Part shown: positions 1-12,293 of the stretch, piece after piece
How the letters are laid out: the number at the start of each line of letters is the position of its first letter
Numbering within the stretch: position 1 is the first letter of the stretch
Assembly (NCBI GenBank): GCA_964057225.1
Contig: OZ059895.1
Location: 6,634,001-6,698,000, forward strand
Length of the DNA: 64,000 nt
Reading direction: 5' to 3'
Origin: Auanema rhodensis
Taxonomy: Eukaryota; Animalia; Nematoda
The notes under the pieces: generated by a model
The model's input: only the letters and a program-made list of their open reading frames with translations
The model's database searches: none
What the model was told of the DNA's origin: nothing
Translations under genes and position numbers: made by a program

Positions 1-371
1 ATATATATATGTATCTGAGATTTTTATTCTATATTCCATTTTATTAGAGATAGCTCCTTTTACGCATGGTGCTTTTCATTATTTTCTTCATTACTGGTTA
101 AGTTTACGGTGATCTTCAGTTTTACTACTAGCGTAGAAAAATAGGGTTTGTATTTATCACTATCATGGCTATGTCTGATGGGTTTAAAGTATTATCGAAT
201 ATGAATATATTATATATATTATATAATATTTGTTTATCAGGGTTAAAGATTATTTCACTGTAGTTTTATTATTTATTGTTGGTCTCATGTTCCTGAATTA
301 CTTGTTTTACCTTTTTCATGAGTCATACTATTTTGTTTGCATCCTTTGTATTTGCTTATTGTTTTAGGTAA

Positions 372-1895
372 ATGGAGCCTAATAGCGGAGATGTTAGTAT
401 GGGAGGCGAACATTGTAATCCCCACACCGGGAATTCTTCTCAGACCGAGATTAAAGTAGAGGTGAGCTTGTCATGTGATAAGTTAATATGCAATTGATTA
501 TTATTAATTGCAGAAAGTCAATCACAGTTGGACTGTTAAAAACTTTTCACATTGCTATCAGGAATATCTTGAGGTTTTGATTTCTTAATATTAGTCATTT
601 CCACATGAAGAATCTTAGAATTTCGTGTATCTTACTCGCGGAGAAGAGCAGTTAACATGGTCTATAAAAATATATCCTAAAGGAAATGGAGAGAATAATA
701 AGGATTTTGTTTTCCTATGTTTGAACCGAGTGGTAATGCTTCTTCTTAGTTAGCTATTGCATTTGTTTACATTTAGGTAAATAATAATAATAGTGGCAAA
801 TCGACGAAAATCGGATTTAAGTCTCGCTTCATGCTTCGTACAGCCGAACTAAAAGAAATTGAGGTAACCTCTGCTTTTTCAAATATTTTATTTTGATAAC
901 ATTAATTTTTCATTTAGATGAGAATACATCCTAATCCTTCACATTCCGACTATGTTTCATACATTAAACGAGACGTCCTTTTCCCCCAAATATTGCCTCG
1001 TGATATGATTATTGTGAATGTTGAAATTGATGTAGCTGTAGAAACGATCACAACTACACACGAGCCAATATTGGTAAGATAAAAAAGCATTTTATTCTCT
1101 CAATCATATGGTTTCAGCCCAATTCTAACTGTGAACAGCAATTAGTTGAAGATTACCAAAGACTGTTCCGTGAAGACTTATTAACAGATTTTACTATCAG
1201 AATTGGCGGTCGGGATATTCGAACACATCGGGCAATTCTGGCAGCCAGGTTTTTCCATTTCATAAAGCATTTACAATGTTCAAGTTTTAGATCTCCGGTC
1301 TTTGGCGCTATGCTAATGCATGAGGACACAAATGAAACAAAAACGGTTTGATATATAAGTTATTATGTAGTTCTCAATTGTGGGCTTCAGGGAATATTGG
1401 AAATTAGTGATTTGGATTACGATGTTGTTTATGAAATGGTTTATTATATTTATACTGGACGCTGTCAGCGTGAAATATCTGATATTGCTGGCGACCTTTT
1501 GGTTGCTGCCGATAAGTATCGGCTCGAAGAATTAAAGGTTGGTTTTTTTTTGCCGTGACAAGCTATTTCCTCTTATTTTCAGAGTCACTGTGAAAAACAT
1601 TTAATTGAAAATTTATCGACAGATAGCGTATGCCATCTTTTAGTCTTAGGCGATGTATATGGAGCCCCTCGATTAAGGAATCGTGCTGTACAAGTATGTA
1701 TTGATATTTAAACTTTTACTTATACTTATCTCATTATAGTTGATCCTTTCACGCCCCAAGACGGTAACTAATACTCAAGGGTGGGATGAAATTCTTAAAT
1801 CACATCCTTCACTTGTAACTGACATTGTTAATAACTTCGAAAAGGCTCAGACTGGATGCGGGGAGTCAAGCCAAACTCAAACCCAACCTCAATAA
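372..1895 (+). CDS. mel-26: MEL-26 MATH-BTB CUL-3 substrate adaptor (multi-exon)
   Basis: Spliced translation MEPNSGD..SSQTEIKVE|KVNHSWTVKNFSHCYQEYLE|NFVYLTRGEEQLTWSIKIYPKGNGENNKDFVFLCLNRV..RIHPNPSHSDYVSYIKRDVLFPQILPRDMIIVNVEIDVAVET (MATH), then BTB (RTHRAILAARSPVF..LLVAADKYRLEELK). Near-identical to C. elegans MEL-26 as recalled. GT-AG introns; TAA at 1893-1895. Confidence 0.93.
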
Positions 1896-2829
1896 TGAGG
1901 ATCTGTATTTGCAAATGTGGAAATCAATTAGCTGAGCTTTTTGTTTGAATAACATACGCTGCTTTATATATCGTTCTTCGGACTCAGTCAGTGTATCAGT
2001 CCATATATTATGGGTATTGTAAAGTTTGTATCCTTTCCTTAATTGTTTACTGTATGCTTAATGAGGGTGTCTTACTTTCTACAATATTTTTTATTACATC
2101 TAATCCAAAATTCCAAGTTACAAGCCTTTCCTTCTCTCAACGTTCATAATTTGTATATTGCCGAACCAACTTGATCATAAATGAAAATTTAAGATAAATT
2201 GATTATATTGTGGTCGATTAATTGTTTTATTAAATCATAATATTGAAAATAAATGTATCCTGCCTCATAGACCATCAATTCATAGGACTCAATGGTATCG
2301 TTGTCGGTAGGTATTATCCTATCGCATCTTTTCCCTTCTGTACTCCGACATGTATGACAGAGCAAGTACACATAGATGCTAACCAGAGGAATTGAACCGG
2401 TGACGTTCCGGTAACACGGGGAGCCTACGCATTTAACCATGTACTCCACATTTGTGGTATTTAATGGGACCTTCTGACTAAATCGATCAGCATTACATGC
2501 AATGTTCTGATAATTATAAGTAGCATAAGCTCTGCGCGTTCATTCAGACATGAAGAATGACCTCGTTGCAATCAATTGTAAAATATATTGGGAAGTAAAC
2601 GACTGTCTGTTTTGCTTTTCATGTATACAACTTGTTTTTTTCCTTAGTTACAATAGTTACAAAAGGCTTGATGGATTCATCATTAAAATTATTATGATGT
2701 ATCTGTATAATGAGCATCTGAACAAAGAGGGATACAAGTGCTGCAGTGAAAAACAGATATTTAAATATCAAGAGAATTCGGATATGATCAAAATATGACC
2801 AAGCGTTTTGTTCAGTTAGTCAACGGAAC

Positions 2830-3287
2830 AAATAAACAAGAAATCAGCAGAAAAAAAATTTTTCTTGAATAAGTCCATTTCTCGAAAAAAAAAATAAAAA
2901 ATAATATTTTCATCTATTTCAAAAAAAGAGGAACCTTATCTGATAACATTACTTTAGACAGAAATATTTCAAAATAAAGAAATCTTAATAAGTTTTAAAG
3001 TAATGTTTTAGATAAAAATATTTCAAAATATAGAAATCTTAATAAGTGTTAAAGTAATATTATCAAATATGGTTCCTCTTTTTTTACATATAGAAAACAA
3101 TATAATATAATAAAATATAGAAAACTTATTATGATTTCTATATTTTGAAATATTTTTATCTAAAGTAATGTTATGATAAAGATTCCTCATTTTTTGAAAT
3201 AGATGAAAATATTGTTTTTTATTATTTTTTGATGAAATGGACTTGTTCAAAAAAAGTTTTTTTTTTCTGCTGATTTCTTATTTATTT
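2830..3287. mobile_element. Foldback/MITE-like element with ~165 bp imperfect terminal inverted repeats
   Basis: 2830-2996 (aaataaacaagaaatcagcagaaaa..aagtccattt..ttttcatctatttcaaaaaa..) matches the reverse complement of ~3121-3287. Internal direct repeat (~2952-3004 vs ~3007-3058). No coding capacity; target-site duplication not clear. Confidence 0.75.
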
Positions 3288-3648
3288 TAATTTTAATGAA
3301 AAGAAGTCTGTATAAAAATATTGAAATTAAATAATAAGTATTATACTCTACTCCATATAGACATTTCTGATTGATGAACATAAATCGAATGGCTCAAACA
3401 ACCAAGCCTACCGACTAGCGGATTCACATATTGCCATCTATTTTCTACAAATTAAATACTGGATACTGTAGTTGACCTTGGACGTATTGCGTACAGGGTG
3501 ACATGGGCGGCCGGTCGATAATAGAAAGTAGCGTTCTTTGCCAAATATTTACAGCTTGCCAAGCTGAACACTTTTTCTTTTCTTTTGTTATGCTTGTGTA
3601 CTTTAATTTTTGAACACTATTTTACAGTTAATCATTTTTATAGAAGGA

Positions 3649-5602
3649 ATGAAGAGAGAACACGGTGGAGGAGACGATGATCGCTATGGAGGTCGTCATA
3701 AGCGACAACGAGGAGATGCGTAAGATTCAAGTTATGATTTTCGAAACTAATGAATAATTATTTAGCTTTTCTGAGGCTTTAGCTCAGGGAAAGTTCGAAC
3801 TTCGTCTTTTGGTTAGTAGTAAAGCTGCTGGTGCTGTGATAGGAAAAGGCGGTGAAAACATCAAAAGGATCCGCAGTCAGGTAGGTTATACACCAGTATA
3901 GTCATCTAACAACTCATAATAACTTTGCAAACTATATCAATCCAAGTTTGGTATACACACGATAGTCCAAGTATCCTCACTTTTTTCTTGCGGTTGTTCA
4001 TTTATTTGCTTAGTTTGAGTTGTATGCAACGCATTGTCTCCAACTTGGCTTTAGTAATACAGAATTCAGTCTTAAATCATAAATTTTAATAAACTGAATT
4101 AATCTATACCCACAAGATTTCAGTTCGATGGCCACATCTCTGTCCCCGATTCGAATACACCTGAACGGTAATTCCCAAGTTTCCCATTCAAATGATGTTC
4201 TTACTTCTCGTATGGCCTGGCGCAAGACCCTTATTACCCAGTCCTAACCGAGTTGCTTTGGTTAAAGTTTTCCAAGTTGCAGAATTTGATTCACTGTTTT
4301 CCTTTATATCTAAAGCCAATCCTTAACCAATGGCTATAAAAAATAGGGTTCGTTTATAGATCTAATTTTTACATTTTAGTGTGATCACTATGACTAGTAT
4401 CATTGAAAATGTTCTTAAAATGGTAGAAGATGTTCTTCCAAGACTTGATGACGTGAGTATAACTTTAAGCTAATATTTTTACCGGATTCAATTGAAGGGG
4501 TCGAATGATAAGGACAAGGCTGAAATTCGCGTGTTGGTTCATCAGTCTCACGCAGGAGCTCTGATTGGAAGACAAGGTGCTCGCATTAAGGAACTTCGCG
4601 AGAAAACTAATACTCGCATCAAGGTATTAAGCATTACCTTCGTACCAGTAATGGTATTTTTGTTAAGGTTTTTCAAGATACTGCCCCTCAATCTAGCGAT
4701 AGAGTTGTTGTCATTGGTGGAGAGGAAGCTTCAATTATTGATGCTGTTCACAAGATCATTGATGATCTTCGTAATATACCAATTAAGGTGCGACAATCAC
4801 AGATGAATTTAAGATTAAATATTTCTTCAGGGTCCTGCTAACCCATATTCATCATTCAATTATGACCCAATCAATTTTTCCAAGTACGGAGGATATGCCC
4901 CAATTGGATTTACACCTGCTCCTCCAGGAAGAGGCCCAGCTGGTCGTGGACCATCAGGAATGAACCGAGGAGGTTACAACAATGGCCCTCCACCGCAGAT
5001 GGGGTTTGCGATGAAAACTGTTTTTCAGTCTATTCAGAGTTTTTTTCAGTGGTAACCGTGGATATGGACCAGGACCTGGAATGGGCAATATGGGAGGAAT
5101 GATGGGTATGGGCGGGCCACCACCAATGCCTGTGCCTCCTCCACAGCAATCTTCTTATATGAACCTAATGCAGGTAATATTTTAGTTATCAGTTTAATTA
5201 ATATTTTTCCTATTTTAGGGTCCCATGTATGGACAGCGTCAAGGCCCCCCAATGGGTGGCTACGGAGGACCTCCACAAATGAACGGTTATGGTGGACCAG
5301 CTCCACAAAGCATACAAACAACACAAGTTACCATTCCCTCTGACTTAGGAGGAACCATAATTGGTCGTAATGGAGAGAGGATAAACAAAATCAGAGACGA
5401 ATCTGGTGCTAATATCACACTAGAGAAACCTACCGGTTCTGCCGAACGTATTATCACTATTTCGGGAACATCCGAGCAAATTCACACTGCACAATACTTG
5501 TTACAACAATGGTAAGTAAAAAAGTGAATTTTGTTAAAAATACTCAAATTTAGTGTTCGTAGCTCCGCACAAGGGCGAAAATATTACGAGGGGACCCGTT
5601 AA
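3649..5602 (+). CDS. hrpk-1: hnRNP K (three KH domains, G/P/M-rich linker)
   Basis: [39 protein letters not shown] (KH1); [26 protein letters not shown] (KH2); [31 protein letters not shown] (KH3). Canonical introns; TAA at 5600-5602. Confidence 0.93.
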
Positions 5603-6277
5603 GTAAGTCACAAAAAAATGCTCTTTTTTACTTTGCGCTATTGCTTATTAATATTTGTCGTTCTCATGTGGAGGATCTTTGTGATCTCTGTAGTGTAAAT
5701 ATTGTGGGAATTGTAGCTCGTTAATGTTCATACTTTAAATTATTTCACGCTTCATGTTGCAATGATAAATACCATCCTCTGAAATTTGAATAAACCCACA
5801 ATGTTCGTTTCTATAAAAATTTATTTATACACATATATTATTAATATTAATTATTATTTATTATACAAAAAAAGGATCACAATGTCAAATCACTTAGTGC
5901 TGGTATAGTTGGCATACTGTTAGGCTTGGAACGATGCAGTTAAAAATACTATCTGTTTAAAACGTTTGAAATTGATAATCGATGTTTGTGGAAGGGCGGA
6001 GAATATAAAAGAATTTAAGTGAAATACAGGGAAATTGCAACGAATGAATAACTAGCATCAATCACATCTGTAAAAATATATGGTGATATGATTTTTTGGG
6101 AATTGGAAGGCAAGCTAAAAACTCATGTAGTTTTCTTGGTCTCGATTAGAAGAATTTTGAGAGCTGAAACGCCGTGCAAATGAAATGCTCGAAAACGTTG
6201 TAATAAATTTGACTCTTCATTTGAAGATTTGATTTACCTAAACAAGAATGAATATGAAAACAAACGTTTGGTAAAGC

Positions 6278-9023
6278 TTACATTTGAATTGGCATAATTT
6301 GGTTCAGAACCCTAGCTCTGCTTTCCTTCTCCAACAACTTCCGCTCTCGTTCTATTCGGGTCTTAATCATTTTTACTTTCTTTTTGATCAATGATCGATC
6401 AGAATGATTTTGAATACCCATGCTCTAAAACATACACCATATTATAAAAATATGTTCAATATTAAAAACCTTGAGCTTATTTCCATCTAGATCCAAGAAT
6501 TTAGCTCCATTAATCTTGTTAATGGTGAATTCAGGTACGTACTTGTCAAGACCCATAGAAACCAATAGTTGACAGACATCATCAACAGACCAATGCAAGA
6601 CTTGTAGACCCTGAACTTCCACTGAAGCTCTCCAGAATTCATTCTCATCTGTTGAAGAAATGAACATAAATCGAGCACAAGTAGAAAGAACTAACTGGTC
6701 ACATATCGTTTCCGAAGTGGAAAGAGCAGTTTCCGATGTACAAATTTATGGGGCATAGCTGGTGAGGCTGGTTCGGATATCCGTGGAATAGGGCTGTCGC
6801 ACGAGCTACTGAACTTGTCTTCGTCGCAACTACTGCCAACAGAAGCGTCAGCCTCCTTACGACACTGAAACAAAACATTAATGAAAATTTAAGTCACGTA
6901 TAAACTCCTACTGAATTAAAAGGTAGATCAGCCATTACAGCCTTATCTTCATGAGGTAGTTCACCGCCAGCTGGTTTGTATGCCAACAGCTCATCGCGTT
7001 TGTCAACCTGAACCTGAGCTGAGTTTCCGGCATTGATTGATGACTAAAAGCATTAATAAGCAAAAGCGAATCCCGTGAACAATGCGAAGCATTTAGCATT
7101 CAATATTTAAAAATATACCTTCAGTTTATCGCGAAGGTGATTAAGTTCAAGCTGAGTGATAGATTGACGTCGCTGATCCATTTCCTCAAGCTTAGACTCA
7201 AGTTCTTCTATTCTTTCCTACAAAAGGTTATTACATGACTCATAGAGACAATTGTATCCTACTCGTAATTGCGTGACGAGCATAGCATAATGAGAATCTT
7301 TGTCACGAAGTTGTTCAACATGACTTTCTTCCCTACTTAAAAGTTCTTTTTCTCTGAAACAAATTGGATTTTTTGACATTTTTCCATATTTTTTTTTACC
7401 TTTCTTGATAATTTCGCAATAGTTGATTTGCCTGTTCATATTTTCGTTCCAACTGCTCATAATGGACTTTGGTATCATCCAGAACATTATGCATTTCATC
7501 AGCCTTCTTTTGAGATTCTTCTAATTCTAATTCGAGTGCAGTTATACGAGTCTAGAGATAATATTGGTTAAAATAAGAAAACATGCTCCATAAAGACGAC
7601 ATACTCGAATCTCATGTTCATCTATTCCTCGGCTTGAGTGAATTGGATGCTCATCTTCGACAGGCTCATTATCTTCTTCCGTCATACGTAGGCGATCTTG
7701 CTCCAATGACTGCCGAATGAGTTGAGCAACTTCAGACTCATCCAAATTTGGCTCTCGTCCTAGAATTATGATTATTAACCAAATTATATTACTCGAAATT
7801 TACCGATTGTGAATAAAACACGATTTGTTGTTGCTCGTAAAGTTTCAGCAGCATAAAGTTGAGAAACTCCGACAAGACTTTTTCCGTCGACGGAAACAAT
7901 TTGATCACAAACGCGAATACGCCCATCTCTAAAAGTTGCAAAGAATAAAGTTTTACATTTACGTAACATGATAAATTTGCAGTTTGCAAAAAGCATAACA
8001 AGACTTTGTTTCTCTTGATTAATTGCAAAATATTTAATGAAGAACTGGATTTCAAAATTGTTAAACAAAAAAACTAACTGATAAACTGCACCACCAGGAG
8101 TAATGCTTTTGACGAAAATTCCTAGCTTTTCTAAGCCAGAATCTGCTCCAACACCCATTCCAATTATCGAAACGCCAAGACCTTCAGGACCTTTTTCTAA
8201 TTCAACGTCGAACAGCTGCATCCGTTCTAAACGACGCTCCAGTTCGTATTCAGCACATGAGGCCACAGGGTCGATTTCCTCGTTCTTACGATCATAATCA
8301 TCAACAGAATGAGCACAATAGACCTGAAAAAAAATAGCCTCAACAACACTAAGAGAGGGTATATCCTACAGGGATAGGAGCTGTGCTGAATGAAACTTTC
8401 CGACCCTGTTCTTCAAATTCTCGTCTTTCAGGACTCAATCCACGTCTTGTTTCCATGAGCCCTCTACAAAAACAAAAAATAATATTAGAACTTGTAAAAT
8501 CACAATCACTAGAAGAACAAAATCTTACTTCGGACTCTCAGATATTGGTTCAGCATCACGGCAACGAGGACCGAGATCCGGCGAGTAAGCATAAGACTCG
8601 TCATCATCACGTCTTGTCTTAACCAATGCGTAGGTAGTATGTCTCATTGTGTCATTATCCGCTTCAATGTGATCAGAATCGTCTCCAAATCTATAAAAAG
8701 AGAGTATAGAGTGGTTTCCCACAGTCAATAGGATGTTTGGCTGAACACGGTCAACTATCGTACATATGACATACGCAAGAGCAATTCGTCGATGTGAAAC
8801 GGTGGCATTACGCCAGATGACAGCTTTAAGTGAACAAAGAAAAAAAAATAATAATCTCGCAAAGCATGCTAAATATAGAAGATATAGTATATCTATTAGA
8901 GGGATGAAGAACAGAGCAAGAAATTTGAGTAGTCTGCGCCCACATATATGGCTGAGCAGAGCCCGGAAAGGGAGGAGGGGCCGAATAGCAGCCGAAAATG
9001 GAACGAACCGAAGCGAACCGAAC

Positions 9024-9054
<31 letters not shown>

Positions 9055-12000
9055 GTACATACACTTGCCTATACTACTAGAGGATTGAACAATTTCATAT
9101 ATAAAGGATATATGAAAAAAGAAAACGCTTGAAAATGCACACAAGAAAACACTGCAGATTAGAAACTGACCTTCTCTTAAAGAAAGATGGATCACGCCAA
9201 TATGGCTCATATCGTTGCTGTTGTTGTTCTTGAGTGTTATTGTTGCCGTTAGCTGACGTGGGAGGAGGCGGCGGAGCTAACGGATTTCCGGAATATAGAG
9301 GTCCGTAGTTCGAAATAGAGGGAGATGATGGCGAGATACCACGTGGAGTTCCAGCCAAAATGGATTCAGTGCTGTTGCGAACAAATCTGTAAAGGAGCAG
9401 AAGCCATGCAAAGAACAAATAATATAAGCGTTGTGGGGTACACATAGGTGATCGAGCTAAGATATCTGTTTCGAGCAAACATATACAGTACAAGGAATTT
9501 ACAGATGCAGTAAGAAAGGAATCTAGAAACAGGATGGACAGAAATAAGAAACAGCTAACAGCTAACAACTGTAGACTAATGGCTTGTCTTTTGAGACATA
9601 TTAAGCCTTCCATTGAGCCTCATGATGGTTCAATAAGCCATTATCATGAAAACATAATGGGATGTCTTCGTATATATCACAACTGAATCCACACACAGGG
9701 CAATGATGACATAAAGAAATGAGGAATAGTGTCCATAGCAAACCACAGAGCGGCTCGGAAAGCAGTGTAGATTGCTGTATGCGGGCTAGTGAGACCATTG
9801 GGTGCTTAGCTTTTCCTTATATGTACATGGATCGAATTCTCAAGAGAAAAGAGAATGTGTGGGGGAGGAAAGTCTGGTAAAAATGGCAGGGTGAAGATGA
9901 GCAAAAAAGATGAATGAGCGATACAACGAATCATCTATTCGTTACGTGCCAGATATCTTCATGTCATCATATGGAATACGACACATGCTCTTCATGTAGG
10001 CATACACCCTTCATCAAGAACAAGATCTAAGTTTAAGCATGATATGCATATCTGGAATATATAAGAGCTGAATGACACTAGATAACATGTGTACTCAGTC
10101 ATTCTTCCAGCTTCATAGAGATGCTTGATAAAACATAACATCTTGAAAAAGGCAATTCATTAAGCTAAAAGCCAATAAAACGAAATTTAGACAGAAAATG
10201 TTTGAAATTAAAGAAGAAATCCTGTTAAGAAAAAACTTTACGTAAACATTGAAGTAGCTTTTTCTGTAGGAATTACATAATTTTTGAACAAAACAGCCCC
10301 ATTTTGGAAAAAGTAACTCTTTTTCTTCACAAAAAACGACGCACAATCTTATTCAAAGCATACTCTAAACAAAACTACACGGGAACTGACGATATTTACA
10401 AGTCGCGGACAATATGCAGAGATTCCATTTTCTGTAACTGCAATTGCAGGCTTGTCCAATGTGGGAATGTTTGCCAAAGACACCAGAATGGCAGTAACGT
10501 CTGTATGTTTCATGAGTTTGTATTATGCTCGACACAGAAGTGTGTTTTCAACAAATATGAAACGAAGCCTTTTTCGGTGACGTCAGAAACGATTATTCAC
10601 AGAAGGAACCAAAAAGTTGTATCAAGAACTATTGCTACTATCTAAGTGAGATTAATGGTATCTCACAGGTAAGTTATTCAAATTTAATTGGTCCCTTGGA
10701 ATGATTTATTTCACATCAGGCGTTAAATCATCAGCTTTTCGATGCCGGCGGCCACTTCAAGAAGCACATCTGGGAAGAACTTGTCTCGAACCACTTAAGA
10801 CTTTTCCAATTGCAGAACAAGCATAAACACGAATAATACAAGGAGAGGACAGGGAAGCAGTAGAGCAAGAAACAGGAAGACAATACGCTTATGAGTAGTG
10901 ATCTTTATGACCATCTGTATTAGGATGTGAGGTTGAACTCACGCTTGGGTTCAAGAAGGTGCGAAAAAGACAACTGTTTATCGAAAAACTAACCGTTTTT
11001 GATCCATTGAAGGCGTAGAGGTGGCCGAAGATCTTGATGACGATGATATCTTGGCCAAATCGTTAGCCATATCCGAAAAATTTCGAGCAACCTGTAAGAA
11101 AATATATAAAAAAATATTTCTACTGTTTCTTGAAAATAATTTAAAAATTCAATAATCAGGGAACCCATGCATTAAATCAGCGGCAAAAATTTGTATACAG
11201 TTGTATACAGACACACTCGAACGTTAACCGCAAAAAAGTTCGTAAAATTATATATACGTATTTGAGAGAAGTACATGGCATTTACAGGTTCAATGTTAAA
11301 GCAGTATGCTGGTATACATCGAAGGGATTAATCGGAGATGTTGTCTGACTGCGTGCATGAAATATCAATAGGAATCAATTTTTCGGCAGCATATAATATA
11401 GTGCGGAAAAGCAACTTCTTCATACCAAATAACTAGAAATGACAAGTGTTATCTCAAGTTTTCAATCCATCGTAGGGCCGGAGTTGTTATGTTGAGCAAA
11501 GCTAACGTTTAGGCAAAGGCTAAGGATGAATGAGTCGTTTACTACAGACATTGAAAACAGAATGAATTCAAAATCATGAGGAATTCTATGTGCATGTGTC
11601 ACGTGAGATGGTCAAAAATCATTTTTGCATTTGTCAACGTTATGAACGGTTTGTTGTATTAACCAACCGTTGTTTACAAATTCAACAACAAAATCGGGCT
11701 TTATGGATATGATATAAGAAAAGACGAAAGTTTCAACATGAATCATAAAGTTTCAGGTATTCATGTTTCATAAATACAGTTTAACGTTAAAAAATATCAG
11801 CTAGATTAACAACATAAAAGCAAATTAAAAAAAAAATTACCTGCGAAGTTGGACTGTTGGGACAGGCCATAGTAGTGGAATTCCCGTTACTCATTGGTGC
11901 TCCAGCCGGCTTTGGTGGCAGCGGAGGTGGTTGTCTGATAGGTCGTGGTGAATAGAAGGACGGTACATTGGTTGCCTGAAAGCCAGATAGTGTATAGTTG

Positions 12001-12293
12001 CGATTGCCAACTGTCTATCTTTATGATAATACGCTCGCGAAAAACATGAGAAATAGTAGTATTTAGTACTTGTAATACGTAAAACTCTTCCTACACACCA
12101 GAAGGTCATATAAAATTTGAATTTAAAGAGAATTATTACAAAACAGTGTCAACTTTATAAAGAAAGTATATTGAATATTCAAGGAGAGAAAACAACAAAC
12201 CTCGTTTTGACGTTCTAACTGTTCGAACAGAGCCTTAGTATGACTGAAACGGGTCCGAGCATCTTCCGTCAGCAATTCGGAAGTCGTAGCCAT
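6278..12293 (-). CDS. nab-1: Neurabin/spinophilin (actin-binding N-terminus, PDZ, coiled coil, SAM)
   Basis: Start [29 protein letters not shown]; [13 protein letters not shown] exon; [58 protein letters not shown] (PDZ); [41 protein letters not shown] (SAM). Ends ..IQM*. Confidence 0.93.
9027..9054. repeat. (AC)n microsatellite in a nab-1 intron
   Basis: Perfect AC run, 14 units. Confidence 0.95.

Noticed and set aside
8525-9210. Several overlapping long ORFs around the (AC)n repeat
   Set aside because: Low-complexity intronic sequence. Only the true nab-1 exons (~8529-8691 and ~9170-9388) look coding.
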